Part shown: piece after piece, positions 25,908 to 36,829 of the stretch
How the letters are laid out: each line of letters begins with the position of its first letter
How positions within the stretch are numbered: the stretch's first letter is position 1
Assembly (NCBI GenBank): GCA_013239625.1
Contig: MU053754.1
Span: 186,001 to 250,000, forward strand
Reading direction: 5' to 3'
DNA from: Lama guanicoe
Lineage: Eukaryota
Length of the DNA stretch: 64,000 nucleotides
Notes under the pieces: generated by a model
The model's database searches: none
What the model was told of the DNA's origin: nothing
What the model saw: only the letters and a program-made list of their open reading frames with translations
Position numbers and translations under genes: made by a program

Positions 25908-25979
25908 ATAGAAAATACACAGGTTGTCTAAATTCATTTTATACATTAGTATAACATTAATTTAAAAATTGGATGGTAA

Positions 25980-27295
25980 AATTGAAAACAAAATAGAGTA
26001 GTGTTCTTTATGAACACAGATGAAAAATTCTTAAAATGTTGGCAGGTGTCACAGAGGTCTAGCCACACCCCCAGTAATGTAATCAAGTTGGTTTTATTTC
26101 ATGAATGAAAAAAGATTCAATTTCAGTTATTGTATCAATACAGTTAATGATAAAAAGAACTGAGAGAAAAATCTACGTAACTGTATCAGTGGATGTTATA
26201 TAGATATTTGATGAATGAAAGAGTTCTTACAAATAACAAATAATATTAAGTGAAACAGATATTGAAACAAACTGCTTAAATATGACATTATTTACTTAAA
26301 ATGATAATCGTCAGTCAAATAGATTCTGGAGAATTTCTCTCGCAGTTGGGTACGGAAGCATGACACCAGTTTTAATTGCTGTTGTTAAACATTCTCTGTT
26401 TAGTTTTAATAACCTGCAAAAGAAGACAATAAAGTTTACTTTAATGTTAGATCAAGAGACAAAATTGTCTCTATTTGCAGACTCTGTGGAGACTAGTGAA
26501 AACAAACGAGAATTAAGCAAGTCTTACCAGGGTAAATTAACAGTACAAGTTACACGCACAAATCAATAGATTTTTTTTTTTCCTCTGGAGTTGATAATAA
26601 TCCCTTAGGAAAATAATGAAAAAAATGTACCGACTCATAATTATGCTGAAATGATTAGTTTATAGACATAAATGTAATAAGAAAGACTTAGAATTTATAA
26701 GAATGTATAATTTATTTTTTCAGAAATCTGTAAAATCTTATTAAGTACAAAATACAAAACCTGACTATATGCAGAGATAATCCATCGTCCTGGGGTTGAA
26801 TACTTAATTTTATAAAAACACAAATACGTAAATTGAATGCATACCAGTAAAATCCCGACACACATAGGGGAGGGGAGGAAAAGGATTAAATAGTCTTCAC
26901 ATTCCAGTAATAGCCAAGGATATTGTGAAAAAATTTACCATAATGTTCCTGTTAATTAAAATAGACAATATTGGTGAAGAACTAGGTAAATACATTCATT
27001 AACTAGAAGAGATTACCGATACGTGTGTAAATACACATACATTCAATATATAACAAATAATACGTATTAAATACATGTGTAATCAATCCAACAGTTTATT
27101 TCAGCAGGAACAAACTGATTAACTTCTTTGATAAATGGTTCTGTCATCATTGTCTATATGGAATAAAAAATGAAAAAAAAAACCTTTCATTCCTATGTGC
27201 AACCGTATTTATAAGCAAATCCCAGATGAGTTTACCAATTAATGAAAAATATGCGCTGTTAGAAGAAAATTGAATAGACTGACTTACTGATCCTG
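25980..27295 (+). mobile_element. Old L1M ORF2 remnant
   Basis: A-rich degenerate ORF2: atgaacacagatgaaaaattcttaaaa, aaattgtctctatttgcagac, tcaatagattttt, gataaatggtt, aaatcccagatg. Confidence 0.75.
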
Positions 27296-28049
27296 GAGTC
27301 ACCTTATTACTGGCTTTTTATTTTTTTTAACAGTAATATGTTTTTCTTATTTTTGAGTTATTTTGTTTTGGGTCTTCTGGTGTTAATTGAAAATACCTTT
27401 ATTGCTACATTGGACAAGAAGAAACAACTCCCAAGCCTAAATTCTGTCGTCAACAAGCTGTGGATTATATTTTAAGAAGTTATAAATGCAAGGCGTTCAC
27501 ATGTAATTGAATACATACTCATTTAAGTACAAAAACAGGAGACAACACTTCAAGTCCGTTGATACACAGAAATCACAGTCAAAAGAACATTCAACTTTTC
27601 TTGCCATCTGGGAAGGTCCCAGCCATGTGATTTGTGCTGTTATCATGAAATAGTACAAAATAGAAAAGTGATATGTGAGGGATGGTAATAAAAGATTTGT
27701 GAGTCAGTGCAGAGGAGGAAAAAAAAAAGCAGCAGGAAACATAATTTGAAGCTTTACATAATTCAGAAAAGAGTTTGAATACCCACCCAAAACGCAGCAG
27801 ACAATAGATGTGTTGGCAGGGGAAAGGAACGTGAATAAAAGGATGTTTTTGTTTTTATTTTTTTAAACCAAGCTGGATTAGTGACAAGTAAATTAATGGC
27901 CTTGAAATAGGTCTCAGCAGTTCAGCAGAATTTCCTGAATCTCCAGAATGCAGGGCTGAGGTCTGCGGTGATACAGAGGCACACTGAACAGGCACCAGGT
28001 ATAAAGATGCGTATTTATTGGGTATTGGGGGAAGAACGTAGGACTTCAA

Positions 28050-29330
28050 GATGGATTATGGCATCCTTGAAGACTATGACAACCTCGTGGTCATATTACT
28101 TTCAGACTAGTAGGTCTTGGTCCTTGACAGTTTGCATTTGTAAGAGAGAGAGGAACGTCGTGAAGGAATTATGGAAACTTTTGCTTCAGCTCGTGAAGAA
28201 TACACCACTGTGGGAATTGCCTCCTCGTTGTAAACAATTGGAAAACTCGGAAGATGTGAAACCATGGTTTTCAGACTTTGGACAGTGGGCAACATGACTG
28301 TGATCCTTGCGATGAGGGCAGCTAACGAAGCAAGCAGTCAGTGGCCCTTGCAGCTTACTGTCCAAGCCAGTTTCTAGACCTTAGCTGAAGTAGGAGGAAG
28401 CTAAACTGGGCTCTGTGTGCTGAATCGAGGTCACAGGGACCTGAGTTCAGAGTGTGAGGAGGCTGAGGGTCCCTGGTTACACCAGGCAATGTTGTGGAGA
28501 GGAAGGGCCGGCACACAGAGGGAGCTCGGGAGACCTACGTCGGGGTCTCTGCCTCACTTTGGTGTCTACGCTGGGGGTAGAGAGCCAGCAGAACTCACCC
28601 AAGGATGGGAGCCGTTCACGTCCACACCAGCCAGCGTGGAGACACCTCATGGTACACAGAGCTTATCACCGTGAGCACCGACCAGAAAGCCAACGGGCGA
28701 GACAAAGCCTGGGAGAAAACATTCAGGAAACAAGGCTCTGACAAAGGACTGAGGCCCACAGTATACGAAGGGAACATGCTGCTCAGGGATAAAAAGACAC
28801 ACCGGGCGGCTTTTCCAAAGGACAGGGACTTGGACAGATGATTCTGTAGAAACACAAGTAAATGGCCAATAAACACACAAAAATCAGTTTAATCCCAACG
28901 GTATTTGTTAGGGGTCTGTGGGGAGATTCCAGTAGATACCAGACATGAACACTGAGCAGATTGACAACGTCCGATGCTCACAATGACGTGGGGCAACTGG
29001 AAAGTTGGTACGTATTTAGGGCAAGCGTGAAATGGCTGTGATTTTGGAAAGACTCCTGGACGTTGAGTCAAATACTAGATGACACAGTGACTTAGCCATC
29101 CCACTGCTCTTTACCCAAGATAATGAAGACTGATGTTCTGAAAGACTTGACAAGAAAATGAAGAGCAACTTAATGTATTTGAGGTTAAGAAAGAAGAAAA
29201 AAGGAGGAGGTGGTCCAAGTATTAATGGACAGAAGAAAGAACAAAGCACTCTTTTGCAGCCCTCGGCAGTGAAGATCATACAACAGTGATAATTCTATGG
29301 AAAATGTTGGAGGGAATGAAAGGGTCCTCA
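28050..29330 (+). mobile_element. Old L1M fragments (5'-region-like, then ORF2 end and 3'UTR)
   Basis: gacaaagcctgggagaaaacatt...ctgacaaaggactg...aaatggccaataaacaca...gatgacacagtgacttagccatcccactgct. Confidence 0.65.
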
Positions 29331-29659
29331 GCTAAGTGAGCATCCACCATAGGACCCGATTGTCTTGGAGCTCCAGAACAGACAAAGCCCTTATTTGTTG
29401 GAGGAAGTGCGAGCTCCGCGCGGCCTTGGTCTGGCAGGTGCGGAGCTGGACTGAAACTTGGCAGGAGGGGACCGCCTGGGAGGCCTGTGCTCGGGGTCCT
29501 GATGGGGTTTGGGCCCCGCACGTGTGCGCGCCTGTCTCCTCATCCCTGGCATCCTTGACACTGACGTATCTCGGGCATCGGACCATCCGATCGTCAGGCC
29601 ATCGGGGTGGTCTCCCCTGGCCTGGGGTGGTCACTGCTGGCTATCTGATCGCCAGGTTC

Positions 29660-31380
29660 TCGGGACAGACTCGGGTATCGACTGTGTCCCCTGGCCGGGC
29701 GCTCGCTGTCCTCTGGTCTCGATTGCGTCCCCTGGGCCCAGTCCCCTCCTGCTGGGGTCCCTCACTGACTCGGTTATCGACTCCTCTTCCTGGAGCAGCT
29801 TCACAGCGGCTTGTGCTCCCTGGAGTGACTGTGCCGTCAACTGTCTTCCCTGGACTGCGGGAATTACTTCCTGTCGCCTCTTCACTGACTGTTGACCTCG
29901 GACTGACACAGTCATTCATTATTTTCCCTGCTCTGATGGAACTGGTCCTCAGTGTTTTCCCTGGACTTTCTCCATCATTGACTTGTTTCCCTTGACTGAC
30001 TCGGTCGTTGACTTGTTTCCCTGGACTGACTTGGTCAACTCCTCATTACCCTGGACTACCTGAACTCTTTCTCTGGGCTGACTCAGTCGTCCACTCTCAA
30101 CCCTGGACTGAGTGATCAACTGTTTGCCTGGGATTGAGTTCTCATTGACTCGTTTCCCTAGACTGACTCGGTCATCAAAATGTTTACCTTCACTGACTTG
30201 GTCAACAATTAATTACCCTGGGCTACCTGAACTTGTTTCTTTTCTCTAGACTGACTCAGTCGTCCACTCTTTTCCCTGGACTGAGTGATCAACTGTTTCT
30301 CCTGGATTGACTTCTCATTAATTGTTTAGACTGGCGTGAGTGAGTCATTGACTCGTTTCCCTGGAGCAACTCGGTCATCAACTATTTTGCCTGGACCGAC
30401 TTGGTCATCGACTCGTTTCCCTGGAGCAACTCGGTCATCAACTATTTTGCCTGGACCGACTTGGTCATCGACTCGTTTCCCTGGAGTGACTTGGTCATCA
30501 ACTATTTTGCCTGGGTTGACTGGGTCGGTCACCAACTCGTTTCCCTGGACTGACTCGGTCATTGACTCGTTTCCCTGGGGCGACTCTGTCATCAACTATT
30601 TTGCCTGGACTGACTCAGTCGGTCATCGACTTGTTTCCCTGGAGCAACTCGGTCATCGACTTGTTTCCCTGGGGTAACTCGGTCATCGACTTGTTTACCT
30701 AGGCTGACTCGGTCATTGACTCGTTTCCCTGGACTGACTCGGTCATCAACTACATTGCCTGGACTGACTCAGTCGGTCATCGACTCGTTTCCCTGGAGTG
30801 ACTCGGTCATCACCTATTTTGCCTGGGTTGACTGGGTCGGTCATCAACTCGTTTCCCTGGACTGACTCAGTCGGTCATCGACTTGTTTCCCTGGAGCAAC
30901 TCGGTCATCGACTTGTTTCCCTGGGGTAACTCGGTCGTCGACTTGTTTACCTAGACTGACTCGGTCATTGACTAGTTTCCCTGGAGTAACTCGGTCATCA
31001 ACTCGTTTCCCTTGAGTGACTCGTTCATCAACTACTTTGCCTGGACTGACTCAGTCGGTCATCAACTCGTTTCCCTGGACTGACTCGGTCAACAACTCAT
31101 TACCCTGGACTACCTGAACTCGTTTCCCTGGGCCGACTAGTCCTTGACTGTTTTCCTTGGAGTGACTGGATCTTCATCTGTTTCTCCACAGACTGAGGGA
31201 ATCACTCATTGCCTGCCATCTCATCCTCAACTGTTTACCTTGGAGTGATTTGTTCATAGGCTGTTTTCCCTCAGCTTAGGAGATTCTGTCCTCTCCATCA
31301 TCAGCTGTTTTCCCTGTACTGACTCGGTCATCGACTATTTACGTCTCGAGTGACTGTCATCGACTGCTTTTCCTGGACTG
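29660..31380. repeat. 30-bp CpG-containing minisatellite, consensus ~CCTGGACTGACTCGGTCATCGACTCGTTTC; homogeneous core ~30340-31100
   Basis: 30361-30420 and 30421-30480 are identical 60-mers (a dimer of 30-bp variants); 34-bp variant units; degenerate flanks. Confidence 0.95.
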
Positions 31381-31395
31381 CGGCAGATGACGCGT

Positions 31396-31457
31396 CGCCA
31401 TCTTGGTTCCAGTTCTTAAAAGTGCGGTTCTTGGAAATTAAAAGTATATATTTGCAT
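31396..31457 (-). promoter_or_regulatory. Motif cluster: octamer (ATTTGCAT 31450-31457), TATATA (31445-31450) and YY1-type CAAGATGGCG (minus strand, 31405-31396)
   Basis: Motifs read directly; function is inferred only. Confidence 0.3.
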
Positions 31458-31888
31458 ATTCATGCGTGTGGAAGCACACCGGTGTACCTGAGTGTCCCTC
31501 GAGGAGAGCCACGCCTCTGTGCGTCCCAGTGGAGAGTGTGGGAGGGTCTCTCCATGCGTTAAACTCCCCGCGTGACAGGTGAGGCCTGGGCCCGAGCATC
31601 TTTCGTGTTTTCCTCAGTTTTTCGGTCAGTTTACTTGGATTTGTTCTCCGGGAAGGGTTTCCCTTTGCTTTCCTCAGACTTATTAAGAATTTAGTGTTAA
31701 GAATGTGGGCCCTCTCTTTGTTATGTTGCAAATATTTATCTTCACTTCGCCTGAATTCTTGTGACTTTATGGCTTTTTGTTTGTTTTTTTGGTTCTGGAA
31801 ATATGTATATTTTAAATTATAGAGACAAATTTATCAATCTTTGCGTCTGGATTTTGAATGACCTTTAGAAAACAGTACCGCACACCAA

Positions 31889-32305
31889 GTTTCTGGGAGA
31901 ATTAATTTACTTTCCCCCCAGAAGGTGTGTGTGGTTTCTGGGAGAATTAATTCACTTTCCCCCCAGAAGGTGTGTGTGGTTTCTGGGAGAATTAATTCAC
32001 TTTCCTCGAGAAGATGTGTGTGGTTTCTGGGAGAATTAATTCACTTTTCTTCAGAAGGTGTGTGTTGTTTCTGGGAGAATTAATTCACTTTTCCCCAGGT
32101 GTGTGTAGTTTGCGGGAGAATTAATTCTCTTTCCCCTCAGAAGGTGTGTTGTTTCTGGGGGGATTCGTTCACACCCCCTCCCCACCACCGCCCCCCAGAA
32201 GGTGTGTGTGGTTTCTGGGAGGATTAATTCGCTTTCCCCCAGAAGGCGGGTGTTGTTTCTGGGGGAAAGCGCGTCAACCAGATTCCCTTTCCCGCAGAAG
32301 GTGTG
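31889..32305. repeat. ~45-bp minisatellite, ~9 units (GTTTCTGGGAGAATTAATTCACTTTCCCCCAGAAGGTGTGTGTG)
   Basis: Unit starts at 31889, 31934, 31979, 32023, 32067, 32108, 32151, 32211 and 32255. Confidence 0.95.
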
Positions 32306-32690
32306 CGTCGTGTGGGCGCAGCGGCGAGCGCGCGCACGTGCGTTCGGACGCCGGCTTCAGGGGAAGCCGGTCCGTGCGCAGGAGTGAGACGCGCCTCCCG
32401 GCGCCGTTTTCCTCGTGGTGCCCGGGTGCCCGGCCTTCGCCGGGGTCGGGGAGGGGGGCGCGCTCCCCAGGGCTGCGGCCCCGTGTCCCTGTGTGTTTCC
32501 AGGCCCGCAGGCCTGTCCCCGGCCCCGGCGTGTGTCCAGGGCCCGCCGCGCGGCTCCGCGCAGCCGCGGTGTCCCGTGTGTGGAATCTGGGAGGACGGCG
32601 CCCGCTCGAGCGTCTGTGGCCGCCTCGGGGCCGGTTCTTCGCGCGAACCTCCCCGTCCGTTCATTTGACTCCCTGCGTCGGCTAAGACTT
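32265..32690. promoter_or_regulatory. Orphan CpG island
   Basis: Very GC- and CpG-dense ~420 bp between AT-rich flanks; E-box CACGTG at 32335-32340, a GC-box-like ggggagggggcg and GCGC runs. Confidence 0.7.
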
Positions 32691-33189
32691 TTCTTGTTAC
32701 TGCCGTAACGTTAATTTTATGTCACCCAGAATTGACAGCTTTATGATTTCAAGTCGTCCTATTCAAGGATTTTTTTTTCCATTTCTTCAATCTACTTTTC
32801 TTTCCGTTTTCTTTTTTTTTCCCCTTTTAATTTTTTTATTATAGATTTATTTGGCGTATTTTGTCTTAATTTGATTCCTGGGTATGTTAACTTCTTTGGT
32901 GCTATTGTATAGAGAGTTTTCCGTAATATTTACTACAGATGTTTATTTGGGGTGTATATTAATGCTTTCTGAGTGTTAATTTTTATGGTTAATTTACTCA
33001 ATTATTTTGTCGTTTGAATTAATGACATCATTGATTTTCTAAGGTTTTCCAGGTATCAGCTGCACAATTTGAATGTTTATTTTTCTAATTCTTATATCTC
33101 TAATTGGTTTATTTTGTCTCCTTCAATTAGCAAACATTTCCAGCATAATGTTGAATGTTTTGGGTCTTTTCTGTCATTTTCTTCTAACT

Positions 33190-33290
33190 CTTTTTTTTTT
33201 TTCAATTGAAATATCGTGCATTTTCAATATTGTGTTAGTTTCTGCTGTACAGCAATGTGATACGGATGTGTATATATGCACATGTTTCAG
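33190..33290 (-). mobile_element. Short L1 tail
   Basis: T-tract then caattgaaatatcg...tgtgttagtttctgctgtacagcaatgtga. Confidence 0.8.
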
Positions 33291-33419
33291 ATGGTATTAG
33301 GCCCTTTTTGCTTAGTCTTAGACTGGCACATGCCTGGATATTCTGTAAAACGGCAGTACATTTGATTTAAGAGATCAGGGGTCTTCATCTTTTTAAATGA
33401 CTCTTTTACATCAGTTGGA

Positions 33420-35010
33420 TTTTTTTCCTTGAAATACAGTTGATTTACAGTGTCATGTTAGCTTCAAATGTACAGCAAAGTGATTCAGTTATACGTGTGT
33501 ATGTCTATATATTCTTTTTCATATTCTCTTTTATTATAGGTTATTACAAAAAAATGAATGTAGTTCTCTGTGCTGTACAGACAGACCTTGTTGTTTATCT
33601 ATTATATATATATATATGTTAGTTAGTATCTGCTAATTTATCCCTTCCCACACCCTTGCCCCATTGGTAACCATAAGTTTGTTTTTTATGTCAGTGAGTC
33701 TGTTTCTGGATTGTAAATAAGTTCATTTGTGTTTTTTTTGTAAGATCCCACATATAAGTGATATCATATGGTATTTTTCTTTCTCTTTCTGGCTTACTTC
33801 ACTTAGAACGACCATCTCCAGGTCCATCCATGTTGCTGCAAATGACATGATTTTATTCCTTTTTATGGCTGAGTAGTATTCCACTCTATAAATATACCAC
33901 AACTTTATCCAGTCCTCTGTTGACGGACATTTAGGTTGTTTCCATGTCTTGGCTATTGTAAATAGTGCTGCTATGAACAGTGGGATGCAGGTGTCATTTT
34001 GAAGTAGGGTGAACATTGGGGTGAGTGTATCTTAGCTTACTTCACTTAGAACGACCATCTCCAGGTCCATCCATGTTGCTGCAAATGACATGATTTTATT
34101 CCTTTTTATGGCTGAGTAGTATTCCACTCTATAAATATACCACAACTTTATCCAGTCCTCTGTTGACGGACATTTAGGTTGTTTCCATGTCTTGGCTATT
34201 GTAAATAGTGCTGCTATGAACAGTGGGATGCAGGTGTCATTTTGAAGTAGGGTGAACATTGGGGTGAGTGTATCTTTTTCAATTAAGGTTCCTTCTGGAT
34301 ATATGCCCAGGAGTGGGATTCCTGAGTCATAGGGTAAGTCTATTTTTAGTCTTTTGTGGAATCTCCATACTGTTTTCCACAGTGGCTGCACCAAACTGCA
34401 TTCCCACCAGCAGTGGAGGAGGGTTCCCTTTTCTCCACAGCTTCTCCGTCATTTGTCGTATGTGGAGTTTTGAATGATGGCCATTCTGACTGGTGTGAGG
34501 TGATACCTCATTGTGGTTTTGATTTGCATTTCTCTGATAATTAGTGATACTGATCATTTTCTCATGTGCCTACTGATCATTTGTATTTCTTCCTTGGAGA
34601 ATTGCTTGTTCAGGTCTTCTGTCCACTTTTTTATTGGGTTGTTAGGTTTTTTTGTTACTGAGTTGTGTGAGCTATTTATATGTTCCGGACATTAAGCCCT
34701 CGTCACTTGCATTGTTTGCAGTTATTTTCTCCCATTCCATAGGTTGTCTTTTCATTTTATTTGTGTTTTCCTTTGCTGTGCAAAAGCTTGTAAGTTTAAT
34801 TAGGCCCCATTTGTTTATTTTTGCTTTTATTTCTATTGCCTGGGTAGGCTGACCTCAGAGAACATTGCTGTGATTTAAATCAGAGAATGTTTTGCCTGTG
34901 TTGTGGTCTAGATTTATGATGTCTTAAATTTAAGTCTTTAAACCATTTTGAGTTTATGTTTGTGTATGGTGTGAGGGAGTGTTCTAACTCCACTGATTTA
35001 CATACGGCTA
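33420..35010 (-). mobile_element. Truncated L1 (3'UTR plus ORF2 C-terminal region), frameshifted, with an internal 243-bp tandem duplication
   Basis: ORFs 33723-34016 and 34032-34394 translate to the L1 ORF2 C-terminus ([10 protein letters not shown]...PYD..IPLLGIYP...AALFTIAKTWKQPKCPS...WYIY..EYYSAIK). Confidence 0.95.
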
Positions 35011-35320
35011 TTCCCTATTGGCATTTTTTTATGACTCCCGCTTGATTGTGGCATCTTTTCATTGTTATGTTAGATTCTGTTTGATAATATTTTGTTTAGT
35101 ATTGAAACATCAACATTCATAGTTGACATTAGTCTGAAATACCGTTTCATTATTGACCAGAGTACTTTTTAGTTACAATGGACAGTCTTTCTTTATGAAA
35201 GCACACATTTGGAAATAAGATAGTTTTCGGTTGTGTGTAATCTTGACATATTAAAATAATCTGTGACACTCTTAGAAGTGTATTCAGCTTTATCCTGGTA
35301 TTGTAGCGATTTGACAGCTA

Positions 35321-35541
35321 CAGGTGACCTTGAACAGCGTGGATTTGAACTCCCAGGACTCACTCGCACATGGATTCTTTTCACTAAACACGTGCTAAGC
35401 ACTACGGGCAGGATCCACGGCTGGTGACTCCACAGATGGTGAGAGCACAGAGCAGGAGGCCCCTGTGCCGTTACCCCTGGATCTTCTTCGCCTGTTTCGG
35501 GGGAGGGCACCCCTGACCCTCACAGCATTCCAGAGTCTCTT
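35321..35541. mobile_element. Tigger2/MER28-like Tc-mariner MITE
   Basis: ta|caggtgaccttgaacagcgtggatttgaactc...atggattcttttca...cccctgaccc resembles the recalled Tigger2a ends. Confidence 0.7.
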
Positions 35542-36299
35542 TTAGCAGTTGGACATTTTACATTCTTATTCTTTAGTCCATAAATTCATTTTTGTATTTC
35601 ATCCTTGCCAGAGAATTTTAACCGCAACAGACAGACTTTTTGGAAACATTTTGATTGTATGTGTGTTTCCCTTTCATCGGAGATGTTTATGAGCTGAAAA
35701 CTAAATTTCCCTAATTCCCAAGACAACTGTGACTCAGGTGTTAATGCTGCCCTCCGGATTGAGCTGTCATTGCGTTTTTGTTAATGATCATTTATCAAAA
35801 CGGAATCACACAGCACATTTGTATGACATAAGTTTTCACGGGGGACATTTGGGGACAGTCGGGCAACAGGAAGTTGTACATAGATTCCAGTGTTCTCTTG
35901 GCCCCCACCCTCCCAAGTGGACCTTACCAGTTGGGCGACAATAGTTCTGTGCATCCTGGAACCAGCAAGTCACTGGACCCAGAACCGCCACCCCGGTTAC
36001 TTACGCTGGAGCAGGTCACCGCTGCCCGGTCAGGGACACCAACGTCAGAAGTGAGAGACTTCGTGGTCCTTTTCCTGAAGCCTGGATTAGAGACTGCTCA
36101 CCCTTGCCTGAAACACTGTTTAAGCTCTGAGTAACATGTTCACCCCACACCCCATTCATGCATTTTTTAAAAATATAGTTGCATGAAAGTGGGTTTTATT
36201 GTCTATCATGAATCACTATTGTAGCCATAGTATCTCATACTGAAGTGCAGATTTAGGATGGAATTTAAAATGTGCATATGTGCCTTATTTGTGCGTCTG

Positions 36300-36610
36300 T
36301 GTGTGCAGGAATAAAGATCTGAAACATTAGAATATAGAACTGAAATGATGGGAAATGATGTTTTAGATGATTGTTACCACTCTCAGTAAAAAGATGCTTT
36401 AAAGCCAATATGATAAATCGAGACAAAGGACAACACGTAACATACACAACAGAGGCAGGTGATTCACCAGGAAAAGATTCCAGACTCTGAGCTTGTAAGT
36501 AACTGACAATATTGCTCAAAACAAGAAAATAAAAACTGCAAGGAAATGTTGACAGAAACAAAGGAAACACAGAAAGAAACAAGGACGGTGGAATTTGAGT
36601 CTTGCACGTG
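36300..36610 (+). mobile_element. Old L1M ORF2 endonuclease-region remnant
   Basis: gagacaaaggaca...gattcaccaggaaaagatt...gttgacagaaacaaaggaaacacag. Confidence 0.55.
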
Positions 36611-36829
36611 TTCTCTGTAGGAATGTGTTTTCTGTTGTTTGTCCTTGTGGGAACTTGCGGGGACAGAAGATGGCCGTGACCCTAGACCCTGAAGACGGAG
36701 TCTGTGTCTTTAATCTGTACGCTGGGAGGGGTGGAGGCCCCTCGCCGGCTGAGTCCAAATCAGGCTGGAACGGAAAAGGGGAAGTTTCTCCTAAGGTGCT
36801 GGCTGTCTCCCTCCTGTGGCTCTAGGTTC

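Larger units (their letters stand above)
31408..33180 (-). mobile_element. Old antisense L1M ORF2 remnant hosting the 45-bp minisatellite and the CpG island
   Basis: agttcttaaaagtgcggttcttgg, gagcatctttcgtgttt, atgttgcaaatattt, caaatttatcaatcttt, tctggattttga, ttgattcctgggtat, gctattgta occur in L1 antisense order. Confidence 0.75.

Noticed and set aside
29336..29995. 219-aa ORF, the longest in the window
   Set aside because: GC-rich, repeat-derived and without a recognisable domain; start is not ATG
30326..30677. ORFs with 10-aa repeats (PGKRVDDQV.., superficially VCX-like periodicity)
   Set aside because: A by-product of the 30-bp unit; 34-bp variants break the frame and there is no unique coding flank
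29660..32305. CRISPR-like repeat arrays
   Set aside because: Head-to-tail repeats with no unique spacers and no cas genes, in mammalian DNA
32146..32708. Overlapping Arg/Pro/Gly-rich ORFs
   Set aside because: Stop-codon depletion in a CpG island; several frames are open on both strands
33723..34852. ORFs with real protein similarity
   Set aside because: Fragments of L1 ORF2 and their antisense, not a functional gene
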